Below are positions 50,357-59,940 of a stretch of 64,000 nt of DNA, piece after piece; position 1 is the stretch's first letter; each line of letters opens with the position of its first letter. The notes below the pieces were generated by a model that saw nothing but the letters and a program-made list of their open reading frames with translations, was not told the DNA's origin and ran no database searches. The translations under genes and the position numbers were made by a program. This DNA comes from an uncultured Dehalococcoidia bacterium (GTDB taxonomy: Bacteria; Chloroflexota; Dehalococcoidia; Lucifugimonadales; UBA3495), in assembly GCA_950072105.1 (NCBI GenBank), contig CATMOE010000001.1:154096-218095 (forward strand), written 5' to 3'.

Positions 50357-51322
50357 ATGCCCACTGCGAAAGTGGCTTTTTTCAGCCCCCCCGGCGAGCG
50401 CGCCGACTTCATGATCAGCGAGGCGCCGGACGACGTGGAAATCGTTTTGGTGGACCCCAGTCTGTCCGACGATGAACAAGCGGCTTTGTGCCGCGACGTG
50501 TCGGCCATGATCACCAGCAAAGTCTCCGTGGACGTCCTAAAGCAATGTCCCAACGTCAAGATTGTCCAGACCCTGAGCGCCGGCTACGACATGCTGGACC
50601 TGGCGGCCATTCTGGAGATGGGTATCCTGGTGGCCAACAACGGCGGGGCCAACGCCATCGCCGTATCGGAACACACGATCGCCATGATGATTAGCCTCAC
50701 CACTAACCTGTGGCACCAATATGATTACACTATGAAGGACAAGACCTGGAAGACCGGAATGGATAAGTTGAGGGTGAGAGAGATTACCGACAAGACGATC
50801 GGAATCGTCGGCTTGGGACGCATCGGCAAGCAGGTTGCCAAGCGGCTCAAAGGCTTCGACACCAAGACCATCTTCTACGACGTTATAGACGTTCCCCAGG
50901 ACGTACAAGACGACCTGAACGTGGAGCGAGTGGAACTCGACGACCTGCTGCGGGAGTCGGACATCGTCACATTGCACGTCCCCCTGACTCGCCGGACACG
51001 GGGCATGATTTCCGACCGGGAGCTGGAAATGATGAAGCCCGATGCCTATCTGGTCAATTGCTGCCGCGGCCCAGTGGTCGATGAGGCGGCGCTGCACCGG
51101 GCATTGTCCCAGCGGAAAATCCTGGGAGCGGGACTGGATGTCCTAGAAGTCGAGCCTACCCCGGTGGACAATCCCTTGTTCGACCTGGACAACGTGGTAA
51201 TCACGCCCCACATGGCCGGTCCCGGCGAAGAGTCGACCCAGCGGGCCGCCGACTTCGCCTACTACAACATCGCGAAGTTACTTTCCGGGGAAGAAGCGGA
51301 GTCCTTGGTCACGCCGGAGTAA
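50357..51322 (+). CDS. D-isomer-specific 2-hydroxyacid dehydrogenase
   Basis: GIVGLGRIG, LHVPL, NCCRG, LDV..EP, TPHMAG. Confidence 0.92.
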   Translation: MPTAKVAFFSPPGERADFMISEAPDDVEIVLVDPSLSDDEQAALCRDVSAMITSKVSVDVLKQCPNVKIVQTLSAGYDMLDLAAILEMGILVANNGGANAIAVSEHTIAMMISLTTNLWHQYDYTMKDKTWKTGMDKLRVREITDKTIGIVGLGRIGKQVAKRLKGFDTKTIFYDVIDVPQDVQDDLNVERVELDDLLRESDIVTLHVPLTRRTRGMISDRELEMMKPDAYLVNCCRGPVVDEAALHRALSQRKILGAGLDVLEVEPTPVDNPLFDLDNVVITPHMAGPGEESTQRAADFAYYNIAKLLSGEEAESLVTPE

Positions 51323-51323
51323 G

Positions 51324-51359
51324 AAATCCCCCCAACCCCCCCTTTACGAAAGGGGGGCT
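51324..51359. repeat. C/G-run palindromic repeat, solo copy
   Basis: AAATCCCCCCAACCCCCCCTTT-ACG-AAAGGGGGGCT immediately after a stop codon. Confidence 0.8.
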
Positions 51360-51452
51360 TAGACCGTTTGGACGAAGACATTTCGGGGCATTTCGGCGAT
51401 GGCCGGCCCCGCCGTATCAAAATCTCACACGTCAAATTCCAGGAGGTGACTT

Positions 51453-52139
51453 TTGTATCAGACAATCAGTCCCGAGCTTATCAAAACGCTCAGCGAGATA
51501 GACTGCCCTAGCATCTGCAACGCCATCGAAGGCTTCAACGTGCAGCCCAAGAACGAGGGGTTCATGCTGCCGGAGATCAAGGGCGTATTCCAGGACCTGC
51601 CCCCGGTGGTGGGGTATGCAGTTACCGGCGTGATCAGCGCCGTTCGGCAAGAAGGGCGCAACGTGTCCCGGGAAGACTGGTGGGACCTGATCGCATCGGT
51701 GCCCGAGCCTCGATTCATCGTTCTCCACGACATCGACACCCCTCCCATGGGAGCATATTGGGGCGAGGTACAGGGCAACATCCACAAAGCATTGGGCGCC
51801 GTTGGCGTGGCTACGGATGGCACGGTGCGGGACTTGGACGAGGCGCACGCCCTGGGATTCCGGTTCTTCGCCAAAGAAATATCGGTATCCCATGCCTACG
51901 TTCACCTTGTGGAGATCGGCGTACCGGTGACCGTCGGCGGATTAACCGTGAAGACCGGCGACCTTCTTCATGGCGACAAGCACGGAGTCACGTCCATCCC
52001 CTTCGGGATAGCCGATCAGATCCCCGCCATGGTGAAGACCATCGCCGACTACGAGAAAATGATCATCGATCTGTGCCAGTCCAGCGACTTCTCCATGGAA
52101 GCTTTGAAGGAAAACGCCAAGATCACCAGGCCGTATTAG
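51453..52139 (+). CDS. RraA/HMG-aldolase-like protein
   Basis: GYAVT, WGEV, TDGTVRD, GDLLHGDKHGV; TTG start after AGGAGGTGA. Confidence 0.85.
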   Translation: MYQTISPELIKTLSEIDCPSICNAIEGFNVQPKNEGFMLPEIKGVFQDLPPVVGYAVTGVISAVRQEGRNVSREDWWDLIASVPEPRFIVLHDIDTPPMGAYWGEVQGNIHKALGAVGVATDGTVRDLDEAHALGFRFFAKEISVSHAYVHLVEIGVPVTVGGLTVKTGDLLHGDKHGVTSIPFGIADQIPAMVKTIADYEKMIIDLCQSSDFSMEALKENAKITRPY

Positions 52140-52192
52140 CTTAGGCCCAGCATTTCGCTCGACAGGTCGGGAATATATACTCTGACGCGCCA

Positions 52193-52239
52193 AAATCCCC
52201 CCGTAGTCCCCGTTTAATAAAGGGGGGTTGGGGGGATTT
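52193..52239. repeat. C/G-run palindromic repeat, two-armed copy
   Basis: AAATCCCCCCGTAGTCCCCGTTT-AAT-AAAGGGGGGTTGGGGGGATTT. Confidence 0.75.
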
Positions 52240-52302
52240 CCTCTTTCGCAAGAGCCTTCTATCCTATAAACCAGCCAATACGCCCATGACAGGAGAAATA
52301 CC

Positions 52303-53085
52303 ATGATCTGGTGCCGCTTTCAATCCGGCCAGAAAGTCAGTTTCGGCATCGTCGAAGGCGACGTTGTCACCGAGGTTTCCGGCAGTCCGTTCGACGAGCA
52401 CAAAGTCACCGCCACAACTTTTCAACTGAGCCAGGTGAAGCTCCTGGCGCCGGTGATTCCCGGCATGCTCTACGCCGCCGGGCCCAACCACCGGGGGCAC
52501 GTGGAGGGAATGGCCGCCCGCCGGGGCACGCCCCCCAGCTACCCGGACCGGCCCTCGCCGAACTACCGTTCGGTCCACGCCATCATCGGCTCGGAAGAGA
52601 ATATCGTCGTGCCGAAAGACTGCTCCGGCGCGGTGCAACCCGAGGGGCAACTGGCGGTAGTCATCGGCAAGAAGGCCCGCAAGGTATCGGTGGACGAGGC
52701 CTTGGACTACGTCTTCGGCTACACCATCGGCAACGACATCTCTCAGCGTCCCTGGCAGCAAGAGGACCGGACCATGTTCCGCAGTAAGAACTGCGATACC
52801 TGGAAGCCGATCGGGCCGTGGATCGTCACTGGGCTGGACCCGGCGGCGTTCCGGATAATCGTCCGCCACAACGGGGTTGTCTGGGAAGACTTCTCCTCAT
52901 CGGAGCAGATCTGGTCCGCCGCCGAGTGGATCCACGAGCTAAGCAACTACGCCACCCTCCACCCCGGCGACGTCATTTGGATGGGCACCCAAGGCGCCGA
53001 CGGCGACATGGTCCCCGGCGACACCATAGAGGTAGAGATCAGCGGCATCGGGACGTTGAAGAACTACATAGTGGCGGAGGAGTAG
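52303..53085 (+). CDS. Fumarylacetoacetate hydrolase family protein
   Basis: FGYTIGNDIS.R, KNCDT..PIGP, LHPGDVI.MGT. Confidence 0.9.
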   Translation: MIWCRFQSGQKVSFGIVEGDVVTEVSGSPFDEHKVTATTFQLSQVKLLAPVIPGMLYAAGPNHRGHVEGMAARRGTPPSYPDRPSPNYRSVHAIIGSEENIVVPKDCSGAVQPEGQLAVVIGKKARKVSVDEALDYVFGYTIGNDISQRPWQQEDRTMFRSKNCDTWKPIGPWIVTGLDPAAFRIIVRHNGVVWEDFSSSEQIWSAAEWIHELSNYATLHPGDVIWMGTQGADGDMVPGDTIEVEISGIGTLKNYIVAEE

Positions 53086-53103
53086 TAGGGGGAGGAACGC
53101 ATC

Positions 53104-53919
53104 ATGTCAGACGATAGCCAGCAATCGGGCTTGGTCTGGCAGGTCACCACCTGGAACCGGATGGCAGACCTGTACGCTTCAGAGAACGCTCCCCGCATGG
53201 CGCCCATCGCCAGCCGGGTGATTGCCCACGCCGGATTAAGCGTTGGCGAGCAAGTACTAGACGTTGGCACCGGTACCGGCATCATCATCGAGCTTGCAGC
53301 GCCCATCGTCGGCCCAGGTGGCCACGTCACGGGTATCGATATCAGCCCGGAAATGCTGTCCTACGCCCGGAAGCAACTCGCGGATCAAGGCCTCACCAAC
53401 GTCACCCTTCGTGAAGGTGGGGCCGAAGCTATTCGCGCTGACGACGAATCTTTCGACGTTGTTCTTGCCTCTTTGAGTTTCATGTTCGTCGTCGACCGGG
53501 CCGCCGCCGCCCGCGAGGTCGCCCGGGTGCTACGACCCGGGGGACGTTTGGTTGGATCGGTTTGGGCCGGGCCGGAACAGTGCGATCTAGTCCGGTTTCA
53601 ACAGATCGCGGGAGGTTTCGCGGCGGCCCCGCCAGTACCCCGAGTCGGACCAGGCTCCCTGGCAGACCCAACCCAGTTCGTCCATCAACTGGCAGACGCT
53701 GGGATACAGGCAAGGGTCGAAACAGAGATTCTTGGATTCGACTTCGACGGCTTCTACCTCGCTTGGGACGTCTTCGCCGGAGTCACAACAGCCAACTTGT
53801 CCCTGGAGCTTCAGTCGGAAGCGAGGGAGGCCGCATTCTCATCGATGTGGCCTGACGGAGACGGACCCCGCCACTTCCGGAACGCGACTCAATTCATCAT
53901 CGGCCGCAAGCCTGGCTAG
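53104..53919 (+). CDS. Class I SAM-dependent methyltransferase
   Basis: VLDVGTGTG, GIDISPEML, FDVV, RVLRPGG. Confidence 0.9.
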   Translation: MSDDSQQSGLVWQVTTWNRMADLYASENAPRMAPIASRVIAHAGLSVGEQVLDVGTGTGIIIELAAPIVGPGGHVTGIDISPEMLSYARKQLADQGLTNVTLREGGAEAIRADDESFDVVLASLSFMFVVDRAAAAREVARVLRPGGRLVGSVWAGPEQCDLVRFQQIAGGFAAAPPVPRVGPGSLADPTQFVHQLADAGIQARVETEILGFDFDGFYLAWDVFAGVTTANLSLELQSEAREAAFSSMWPDGDGPRHFRNATQFIIGRKPG

Positions 53920-53979
53920 AAACCTGTTCTAGGCCAACACAGGCAAGTCAGGGCCGCCTTTCATCCGTCCCATCGTTTT

Positions 53980-54004
53980 ACTGACCGCTGAAAGCTGACA
54001 GCTA
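53980..54004. repeat. GCTGANN heptamer tandem repeat
   Basis: ACTGACC GCTGAAA GCTGACA GCTA overlapping the TAG of the hydantoinase gene. Confidence 0.65.
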
Positions 54005-57000
54005 CCCCGTCACATACCCATTCTTCAGATCCCACTCCCGCGCCGCCTCATCCCGCTCCCCAGGGTCGCCGTAGCCGCCTCCGCCGGAGGATAGGCAGTA
54101 GACGTGGTCGCCGGGGTTGACTACTACGCCGACCTCCTTGGAGCCAAGCGGTCTTTCCCCGCCGTCGGACAGTATTCGGTAGTCGTGGGGCAGGCCGGGG
54201 TCCGCCCCGAACAGGCCGAAGGGCGGGACCACGATGCCGTCCCCGGCCGTGTTCAGCAGGGCCGGTTCGGTACCCTCATATACCAGGTCGCAGATTGCCC
54301 CCAACCCGCCGCGCCAGATGCCGGCGCCACCCGAATCGGCACGCAGTTCGTGGCACTTGATGAAGAAGGGGAACCGCTCCTCGGTTAGCTCGATGCTGGG
54401 GGCGCGGATGCCCCCGGCCACGTTGACCTCCCCCACGTTGGGCCAGCCGTCGTAACCGTAAGACGCCCCGCCCCCGCCCCGGGCCAGGAAGAAGTGCCAG
54501 ATGAAGCGCCGTCCGGTGCGGGGGTCGATGCCGGTCATGGCATAGCGCAGGCGGCGCGAGAAACCGGCGGTAACCGACTTGGGTACCGCCTGGGACAGCG
54601 CCTTGAATATGGCCTCGACGATCTCCTCGGCGCAGTGATTGGTGCTCATGCACACCGGGGCCGGGGGATTGGCGTTGACCACCAGCCCCTTGGGCGCGAT
54701 CACCTGCACCGCCCGCGCCGACCCTTCGTTGCGGGCCACGTCGGCGGGAGCGATGTACATGATGGCGGCGTGGGTCAGAGAGCGGGTGTTGGCGTAGGAG
54801 CTGTTGATGAACCCAGTGACCTGGGGACTGGACTCACCCAGGTCGATAGTCATGGAACCGCCCTCGATGGTGACCTTGGCCCGGATGGGGACCAGCTTGG
54901 CATCGAAGCCGTCGTCGTCCACGAAAGACTCCCCATAATAAACGCCGTCGGGCCACTCTGAGATGAATTCCCTCACCTGCCGTTCCGTGGCGGCCAGTAT
55001 GTCGTTGACCACCGCCGTTAAACGATCGGGGCCGTAGCTTTCCAACAAAGCCTGGATGCGCTGCTCGGCGATAATCACTGAGCCGATCTGGGCGTTCAGG
55101 TCGCCCAGGAAGTTCTCCGGCATCCTGACGTTGGCCGCCAGCATCTGCAGAACATCTTCGCGAGGCACGCCCTTGTCGTACAGCTTCAGCGGCGGTATGC
55201 GGATGCCTTCCTGATAGATCTCGCTGGCCGCCGGGTTGTAGCCGCCGTGGGTGCCGCCGCCGACGTCGCTGTGGTGGGCGCGGTTGACGCCGTAAAACAG
55301 CAGCTCGCCCTGGTAGAACACGGGCTTGATGATGGTTATGTCCGGTAGATGGCTGCCCCCAAAATAGGGGTCGTTCAGGATGAACAGGTCGCCCTCGGAC
55401 ATCTCCCCTTCGAAATATTCGCGGACGGCGGCCCCGGCGATGGGCAGGGCGCTGATATGCACCGGGATACCCTCGCCCTGGGCCACTAGTTGGCACTCCG
55501 CGTCCAGGATGGCGGTGGAGAAATCCCGGCTGGAGTTGAGAATCTGAGACATGGAGGTGCGCAGCATCACTTCGGTCATTTCCAAGGCGATGGACTCCAA
55601 GCGATGCTCCACCACCGCTAGAGTGATGGGGTCAGGGCGAGATTCTCCTTCCTCCGTTCGTGGTGAGTTTGTCGAACCACCAGCGCTTTCCGGAGCAACA
55701 TCAGCAGTATCCAGGGCCACATGCAGTACTATTCCACCGGCCCGGTCCACGGTGACGCGGTCGCCGGTTTCTACCAGGATGGTGGTGAATTCAGACTCCA
55801 GGATGGCCGGTCCATCCAACTGTGCGCCGGGAGGCAGCGCGCCGATGGAGTAGACGGGGACTTCATGCCACTCGCCCAGAAACACCCGGCGTGTGCCCAC
55901 AGGGGTGGCGGCGGCCGCGGCGGCCTCAGAGGACGTGCTCTGGGACTGAGAGATCCTGGACAAGCGTCCAACCACCGTGACCCGCAACGTGACCAGCCGG
56001 ACTTCCTGTTCCTGCTGGTGATAGGAATACAATTCCTGGTATCGCTGATGAAAGTTGCCGGACCATTCCGACAATAACGCGCTGTCCTGCTGGGACGGGT
56101 CAGGGAAGGCGACATTTACCTCGTAGACTTGGTCCAGGTAGCGCATATCCGCCGATCTCTGGACGTCGATATCATCTTCGGAGATCCCTTGGGCCCGTAG
56201 CTTCTCCCTACCCTGGGACTCCAGGCCGCTCAAGATTGACCGCACGGTCTCCAGGTCGATTCCGTCGAGGCTGGCCGGATGAGACCTGGAAAAGTCGTAC
56301 TTCAGGTCGGTGCACAACATCCCATAAGCCGAGAGCACCGGCCCCGCCGCCGGAAGGTGCACCTTTTTAACCTGCAGCTCCCGAGCCACCTGTCCGGCAT
56401 GGAGCCCCGCCGCGCCACCGAAGGCGAGAATAGTGAACTCCCGCGGGTCCACGCCTCGCTGCACCGACATCAGGCGAATACCCTCGGCCATGGTAGTAGC
56501 GACGACTTTGGAAACCCCGTAAGCCGCCTCCACGGTCGTCATTCCCAAGGATTTTGCCACCCGTTCTTCCAGCGCCTTTTCCGCCAGAGTTTTATCCAAC
56601 TTGGCTTTGCCGCCGAGGAAGTTATCCGGGTCCAGATAGCCCAGCATCAGGTTGGCGTCGGTAACGGTGGCGTCTTCCCCGCCCTTGTCGTAACAAGCCG
56701 GTCCTGGGTCGGCCCCGGCGCTCTGTGGTCCGACGTGCAGGATTCCTCCCGGACCCACCGAAGCGATGCTGCCTCCGCCCGCACCCATGGTGTGGATGTC
56801 AATCATGGGGACCGCTATCTTCCAGCCGCCCTCGAATTTTTCGTGGGCCAGGTGGGGAACGCCGTCTTCGATCAAGGAGATATCGGTGCTGGTGCCGCCC
56901 ATATCGAAGGCGATGATCTTGGGCTCGTCAAGAAGCTCTCCATGGTAAGCGGCGGCGCTGACGCCACCGGCCGGTCCGGAAAGGATGGCCCGGACACCCA

Positions 57001-57769
57001 TCCGGCTGCACTCGTCGATGGGCGCGACCCCGCCATTGGACTGCATGATGAGGACTTCACCGAAGCTGCGATAAGGCGCGAACCGGTCCTTTAGGTGTTG
57101 GAGATACCTGCCGAAGACCGGCCCGACGTAGGAGTTGATAACGGTGGTGCTGAGCCGGTCGAACTCCTTGATCTGGGGGATGACTTCGTGTGAGAGGGAG
57201 GTATAAACATCGGGGAACTTCTCCCGAATTTTTTCGTAGACCCTGGCTTCGTGGGTGGGGTTCAAATAGGAAAACAGGAAGCAGACCGCCAGGGCTTCGA
57301 CCCCCTCCTGATGGAAGTGCTCCAAAGCCCGGTCCAGGGCTTCCTCGTCCAATGGCGTGTACACCGCGCCGTCATACCGTACCCGCTCCGGGACTCCCAA
57401 ACGCAAGTAGCGGGGTACCAACGGTTCCACCGGGGTCATTCGCAGGTTGTACCGGTCTTCCTTCAACCCCTCCCGCATCTCCAGCAGGTCCCGGAAACCA
57501 TCAGTGGTGATCAGGCCGACCTTGGCGCCCTTTCGCTCCACCAGCGTATTGGTGGCCACCGTGGAGCCATGAATCACCAATTCCGTGGCGTCCAGAAAGT
57601 CCTGCAGAGGCAAGCCATAAGCCTGGGCCGCGTCTTCAAGCCCAGTCATCACCCCTTCCGACGGGTCGTGGGGCGTGGACTGCGTCTTGAAATACCGGGG
57701 CGGCTCGCCATCGCTGTCCACTACAAAGTCGGTAAATGTGCCGCCAACATCGATGCCTATCTTGAACAA
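54002..57769 (-). CDS. Fused hydantoinase A + B / ATP-dependent 5-oxoprolinase-like enzyme
   Basis: IDVGGTFTD, SGPAGG, DMGGTSTD, GAGGGS (A half); NDPYFGGSHLPD, HHSDVGG, GGGGYGDP (B half); probable TTG start 57769 after AAGGAG. Confidence 0.92.
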   Translation of the reverse strand: MFKIGIDVGGTFTDFVVDSDGEPPRYFKTQSTPHDPSEGVMTGLEDAAQAYGLPLQDFLDATELVIHGSTVATNTLVERKGAKVGLITTDGFRDLLEMREGLKEDRYNLRMTPVEPLVPRYLRLGVPERVRYDGAVYTPLDEEALDRALEHFHQEGVEALAVCFLFSYLNPTHEARVYEKIREKFPDVYTSLSHEVIPQIKEFDRLSTTVINSYVGPVFGRYLQHLKDRFAPYRSFGEVLIMQSNGGVAPIDECSRMGVRAILSGPAGGVSAAAYHGELLDEPKIIAFDMGGTSTDISLIEDGVPHLAHEKFEGGWKIAVPMIDIHTMGAGGGSIASVGPGGILHVGPQSAGADPGPACYDKGGEDATVTDANLMLGYLDPDNFLGGKAKLDKTLAEKALEERVAKSLGMTTVEAAYGVSKVVATTMAEGIRLMSVQRGVDPREFTILAFGGAAGLHAGQVARELQVKKVHLPAAGPVLSAYGMLCTDLKYDFSRSHPASLDGIDLETVRSILSGLESQGREKLRAQGISEDDIDVQRSADMRYLDQVYEVNVAFPDPSQQDSALLSEWSGNFHQRYQELYSYHQQEQEVRLVTLRVTVVGRLSRISQSQSTSSEAAAAAATPVGTRRVFLGEWHEVPVYSIGALPPGAQLDGPAILESEFTTILVETGDRVTVDRAGGIVLHVALDTADVAPESAGGSTNSPRTEEGESRPDPITLAVVEHRLESIALEMTEVMLRTSMSQILNSSRDFSTAILDAECQLVAQGEGIPVHISALPIAGAAVREYFEGEMSEGDLFILNDPYFGGSHLPDITIIKPVFYQGELLFYGVNRAHHSDVGGGTHGGYNPAASEIYQEGIRIPPLKLYDKGVPREDVLQMLAANVRMPENFLGDLNAQIGSVIIAEQRIQALLESYGPDRLTAVVNDILAATERQVREFISEWPDGVYYGESFVDDDGFDAKLVPIRAKVTIEGGSMTIDLGESSPQVTGFINSSYANTRSLTHAAIMYIAPADVARNEGSARAVQVIAPKGLVVNANPPAPVCMSTNHCAEEIVEAIFKALSQAVPKSVTAGFSRRLRYAMTGIDPRTGRRFIWHFFLARGGGGASYGYDGWPNVGEVNVAGGIRAPSIELTEERFPFFIKCHELRADSGGAGIWRGGLGAICDLVYEGTEPALLNTAGDGIVVPPFGLFGADPGLPHDYRILSDGGERPLGSKEVGVVVNPGDHVYCLSSGGGGYGDPGERDEAAREWDLKNGYVTG

Positions 57770-57824
57770 AGGGGAACTCCTTACCGAGAATATCCCATTG
57801 CAGAACTGATGCCCCAAGCTCGAT

Positions 57825-58541
57825 TCATGACCCCAAAGGCGTGGTTTCAATCGTACCCGGTGGGAGAGGTTGGACAAGCCAAGCCCCTCTTGGAAAAGCG
57901 AAACCAACCCGATCGCGACTTAGCAAAAATGCCCTCCGGTCTTCCGGGGAGTCGTCACACCAATCCTTCAGTTCGCTCTTGATCGCCACGTAGCGGCCAG
58001 ACTGCCGGGGCCTCTGCCTAAGGACAGAGTCAATCCAAGCAAGGAAATACGTCACCGGGCGACCGAGATCGACTGATGCCTGGATTTGATTTAGGCCTCG
58101 TAAATCCTTCCGCACATGACCGAGCGGCGTAACATTACCGCTGCCACGTTTGATCTCCACGGCAGCAAGCAATGGGAGGGTTTTGGCAACCCTGCGTCGA
58201 CCGGTGCCCCATCCATCCCGGGCACTTTGAGCCGATCCGGGGTCGATCACAACGAGGTCGATAGAACGGCCAGGAAGACACCGCCACTCCATTCGAGATA
58301 GGTGAACCGAGGAACTCCGTACTCGTTCAGATTCCCCGAACGCCGCTCGCATCAACACCATCAGATAGGAGGCTATCTCGACTTCCTGAGAATAGTTGAA
58401 CGCGTTATCGTCCTTGAACAGATCAGCGACACTTGCGATACTCGTCTCTAATGCCCACAGTGCCTCTAGCTGGCGTTCGGTGCGAATACCGTAATTGCCG
58501 CCTATGTCACCCTCCCGGGTCATTCGAATCTCCTCTAACAC
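57825..58541 (-). CDS. Hypothetical protein, possible PD-(D/E)xK nuclease fold
   Basis: E..I, IDLVV...AAVEIKR spacing; composition looks atypical. Confidence 0.5.
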   Translation of the reverse strand: MLEEIRMTREGDIGGNYGIRTERQLEALWALETSIASVADLFKDDNAFNYSQEVEIASYLMVLMRAAFGESERVRSSSVHLSRMEWRCLPGRSIDLVVIDPGSAQSARDGWGTGRRRVAKTLPLLAAVEIKRGSGNVTPLGHVRKDLRGLNQIQASVDLGRPVTYFLAWIDSVLRQRPRQSGRYVAIKSELKDWCDDSPEDRRAFLLSRDRVGFAFPRGAWLVQPLPPGTIETTPLGS

Positions 58542-58577
58542 CTGTCCATTGGTTGGTTGCGGCGAACCGAGAGCGAT

Positions 58578-58793
58578 TCACCGTTTCAGCGGCAAGCCAC
58601 TGGTCCAGATTATGAGGATCCATTTCGTGGTTTCCGCCGGGGAAGTCCGAGCTGCCCGGCGACGGCCATGTGCACGGGCACCGCTCCAAACGCGTAGCAA
58701 ATGAAGGCGGTCACTCCAGCCCATAACGCCGCGCTGTTGATATCGCGGGCAAAGGTGCGCACATTCACCTGCAAGGGGGAAAGATTCGGTCAT
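58578..58793 (-). pseudogene. Truncated, frameshifted BenE-like (benzoate/H+ symporter) 5' remnant
   Basis: RDINSAALWAGVTAFICYAFGAVPVHMAVAGQLGL, then after a shift PAETTKWILIIWTSG; resembles the first BenE helices. Confidence 0.5.
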
Positions 58794-58862
58794 CTCGAAC
58801 CAGGAAGACCACACCGCTTCGGGCGAGGAATCGGTATCGAAGAAAAAGTCTCTAGGCTAACC

Positions 58863-59924
58863 CTAGATAACTTCGACGGCCCGCTGGGTAGCCGACCAGG
58901 CGGGGAACCAGGAGCTGTGACGCCCGTCGCCGCCGGCGACCACTAGGACCAGTTTGTCCACATCCGCCACTAATGGCACCATGAAGTCGTCCGGTTTACT
59001 GTCGTATTCGTCGGGCCAGGACCGGGTGCCGTAGTGTCCCCTATTCTTGATCTGTCCCATGGGCAGGCGGACGTTCTCGAAGAGGTATTCTTTAATCTCT
59101 TTTCGCCCGAACCCGTCGGCGGCGATCTCCGCGGCGTGCTCAGGCCCTAAAACGATGACAACGGAAGCGCCTCGAGACTGGAAACTATAGCCCGAGATCC
59201 CGCCGGCGGTCATGGAGCCGACCATGGTCTCAAGGACCCCTAGGCCCGTTTCCTGGCTCGATTCGACTAGCGTGTGGATGCCCCGGGAGGCGACAACCAA
59301 TACGGTGCTTTCGTTGGGTTGGTAGCCCATCTCTTCGTGAAGCGGCTCCCAGGGGTTCGCCTCCTGGTTTTCGGAAAAACACATGGTGTACTTGCCGGGC
59401 CAGCCGTGGGTGGACTTCTCCATGGTAGCGGCCACTGCCCCGCCCACGTTACGCATGGTCAGCCGAAGGGCACGGCCTATCGTGGCGTTGGCCCGATGTC
59501 CCGAGCCAAATACCGCCGTGCCGCCATGAATGCCCAGTCTGTCGGCAACCGGCCCGCTGACGATGACCACCGGCGCGGCCCCACCGGTCGTAGTGGTGAT
59601 GGAGCCGACGTTGAATTGGGGCTGCAGCACTGCTTTTACCGCCGCCAGGACCACCGGAAAGTAGTCGGGCTTGCACCCGGCCATCACGCTATTGATGGCG
59701 ACTTTTTCTACCGTGACCGTGCCATCCAGGGGAGGAATGCGGCCCAGAACGCTGGTGCCCGACACCTGACAAGCCTCCAGCATCTCCAGGACCAGGTCCT
59801 CGGTGGGCGGCACGATGGGCAACCCATCGGTCCAACCTTGGTCGTAAAAGTAGTCGTTTACCTGGCTGATCGGCCCGGACACTTGGAGACGGCTGGCCGA
59901 TTTTCCGGTGTCTGTTTCACTCAT
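58863..59924 (-). CDS. UGSC-associated conserved protein (GWTDGLPIVPPT family)
   Basis: GWTDGLPIVPPT, NSVMAGCKPDY, RANATIGRA, FSENQEANPW, VAGG. Confidence 0.82.
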   Translation of the reverse strand: MSETDTGKSASRLQVSGPISQVNDYFYDQGWTDGLPIVPPTEDLVLEMLEACQVSGTSVLGRIPPLDGTVTVEKVAINSVMAGCKPDYFPVVLAAVKAVLQPQFNVGSITTTTGGAAPVVIVSGPVADRLGIHGGTAVFGSGHRANATIGRALRLTMRNVGGAVAATMEKSTHGWPGKYTMCFSENQEANPWEPLHEEMGYQPNESTVLVVASRGIHTLVESSQETGLGVLETMVGSMTAGGISGYSFQSRGASVVIVLGPEHAAEIAADGFGRKEIKEYLFENVRLPMGQIKNRGHYGTRSWPDEYDSKPDDFMVPLVADVDKLVLVVAGGDGRHSSWFPAWSATQRAVEVI

Positions 59925-59940
59925 CGTTAACCCTTATTAC

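Noticed and set aside
57770..57907. N-terminal extension of the hydantoinase ORF (likewise ORF-track starts for DAK2 30973, dehydrogenase 7061, S9 peptidase 60577)
   Set aside because: They overlap neighbouring genes or promoters; downstream starts match the family N-termini and mostly have an RBS.
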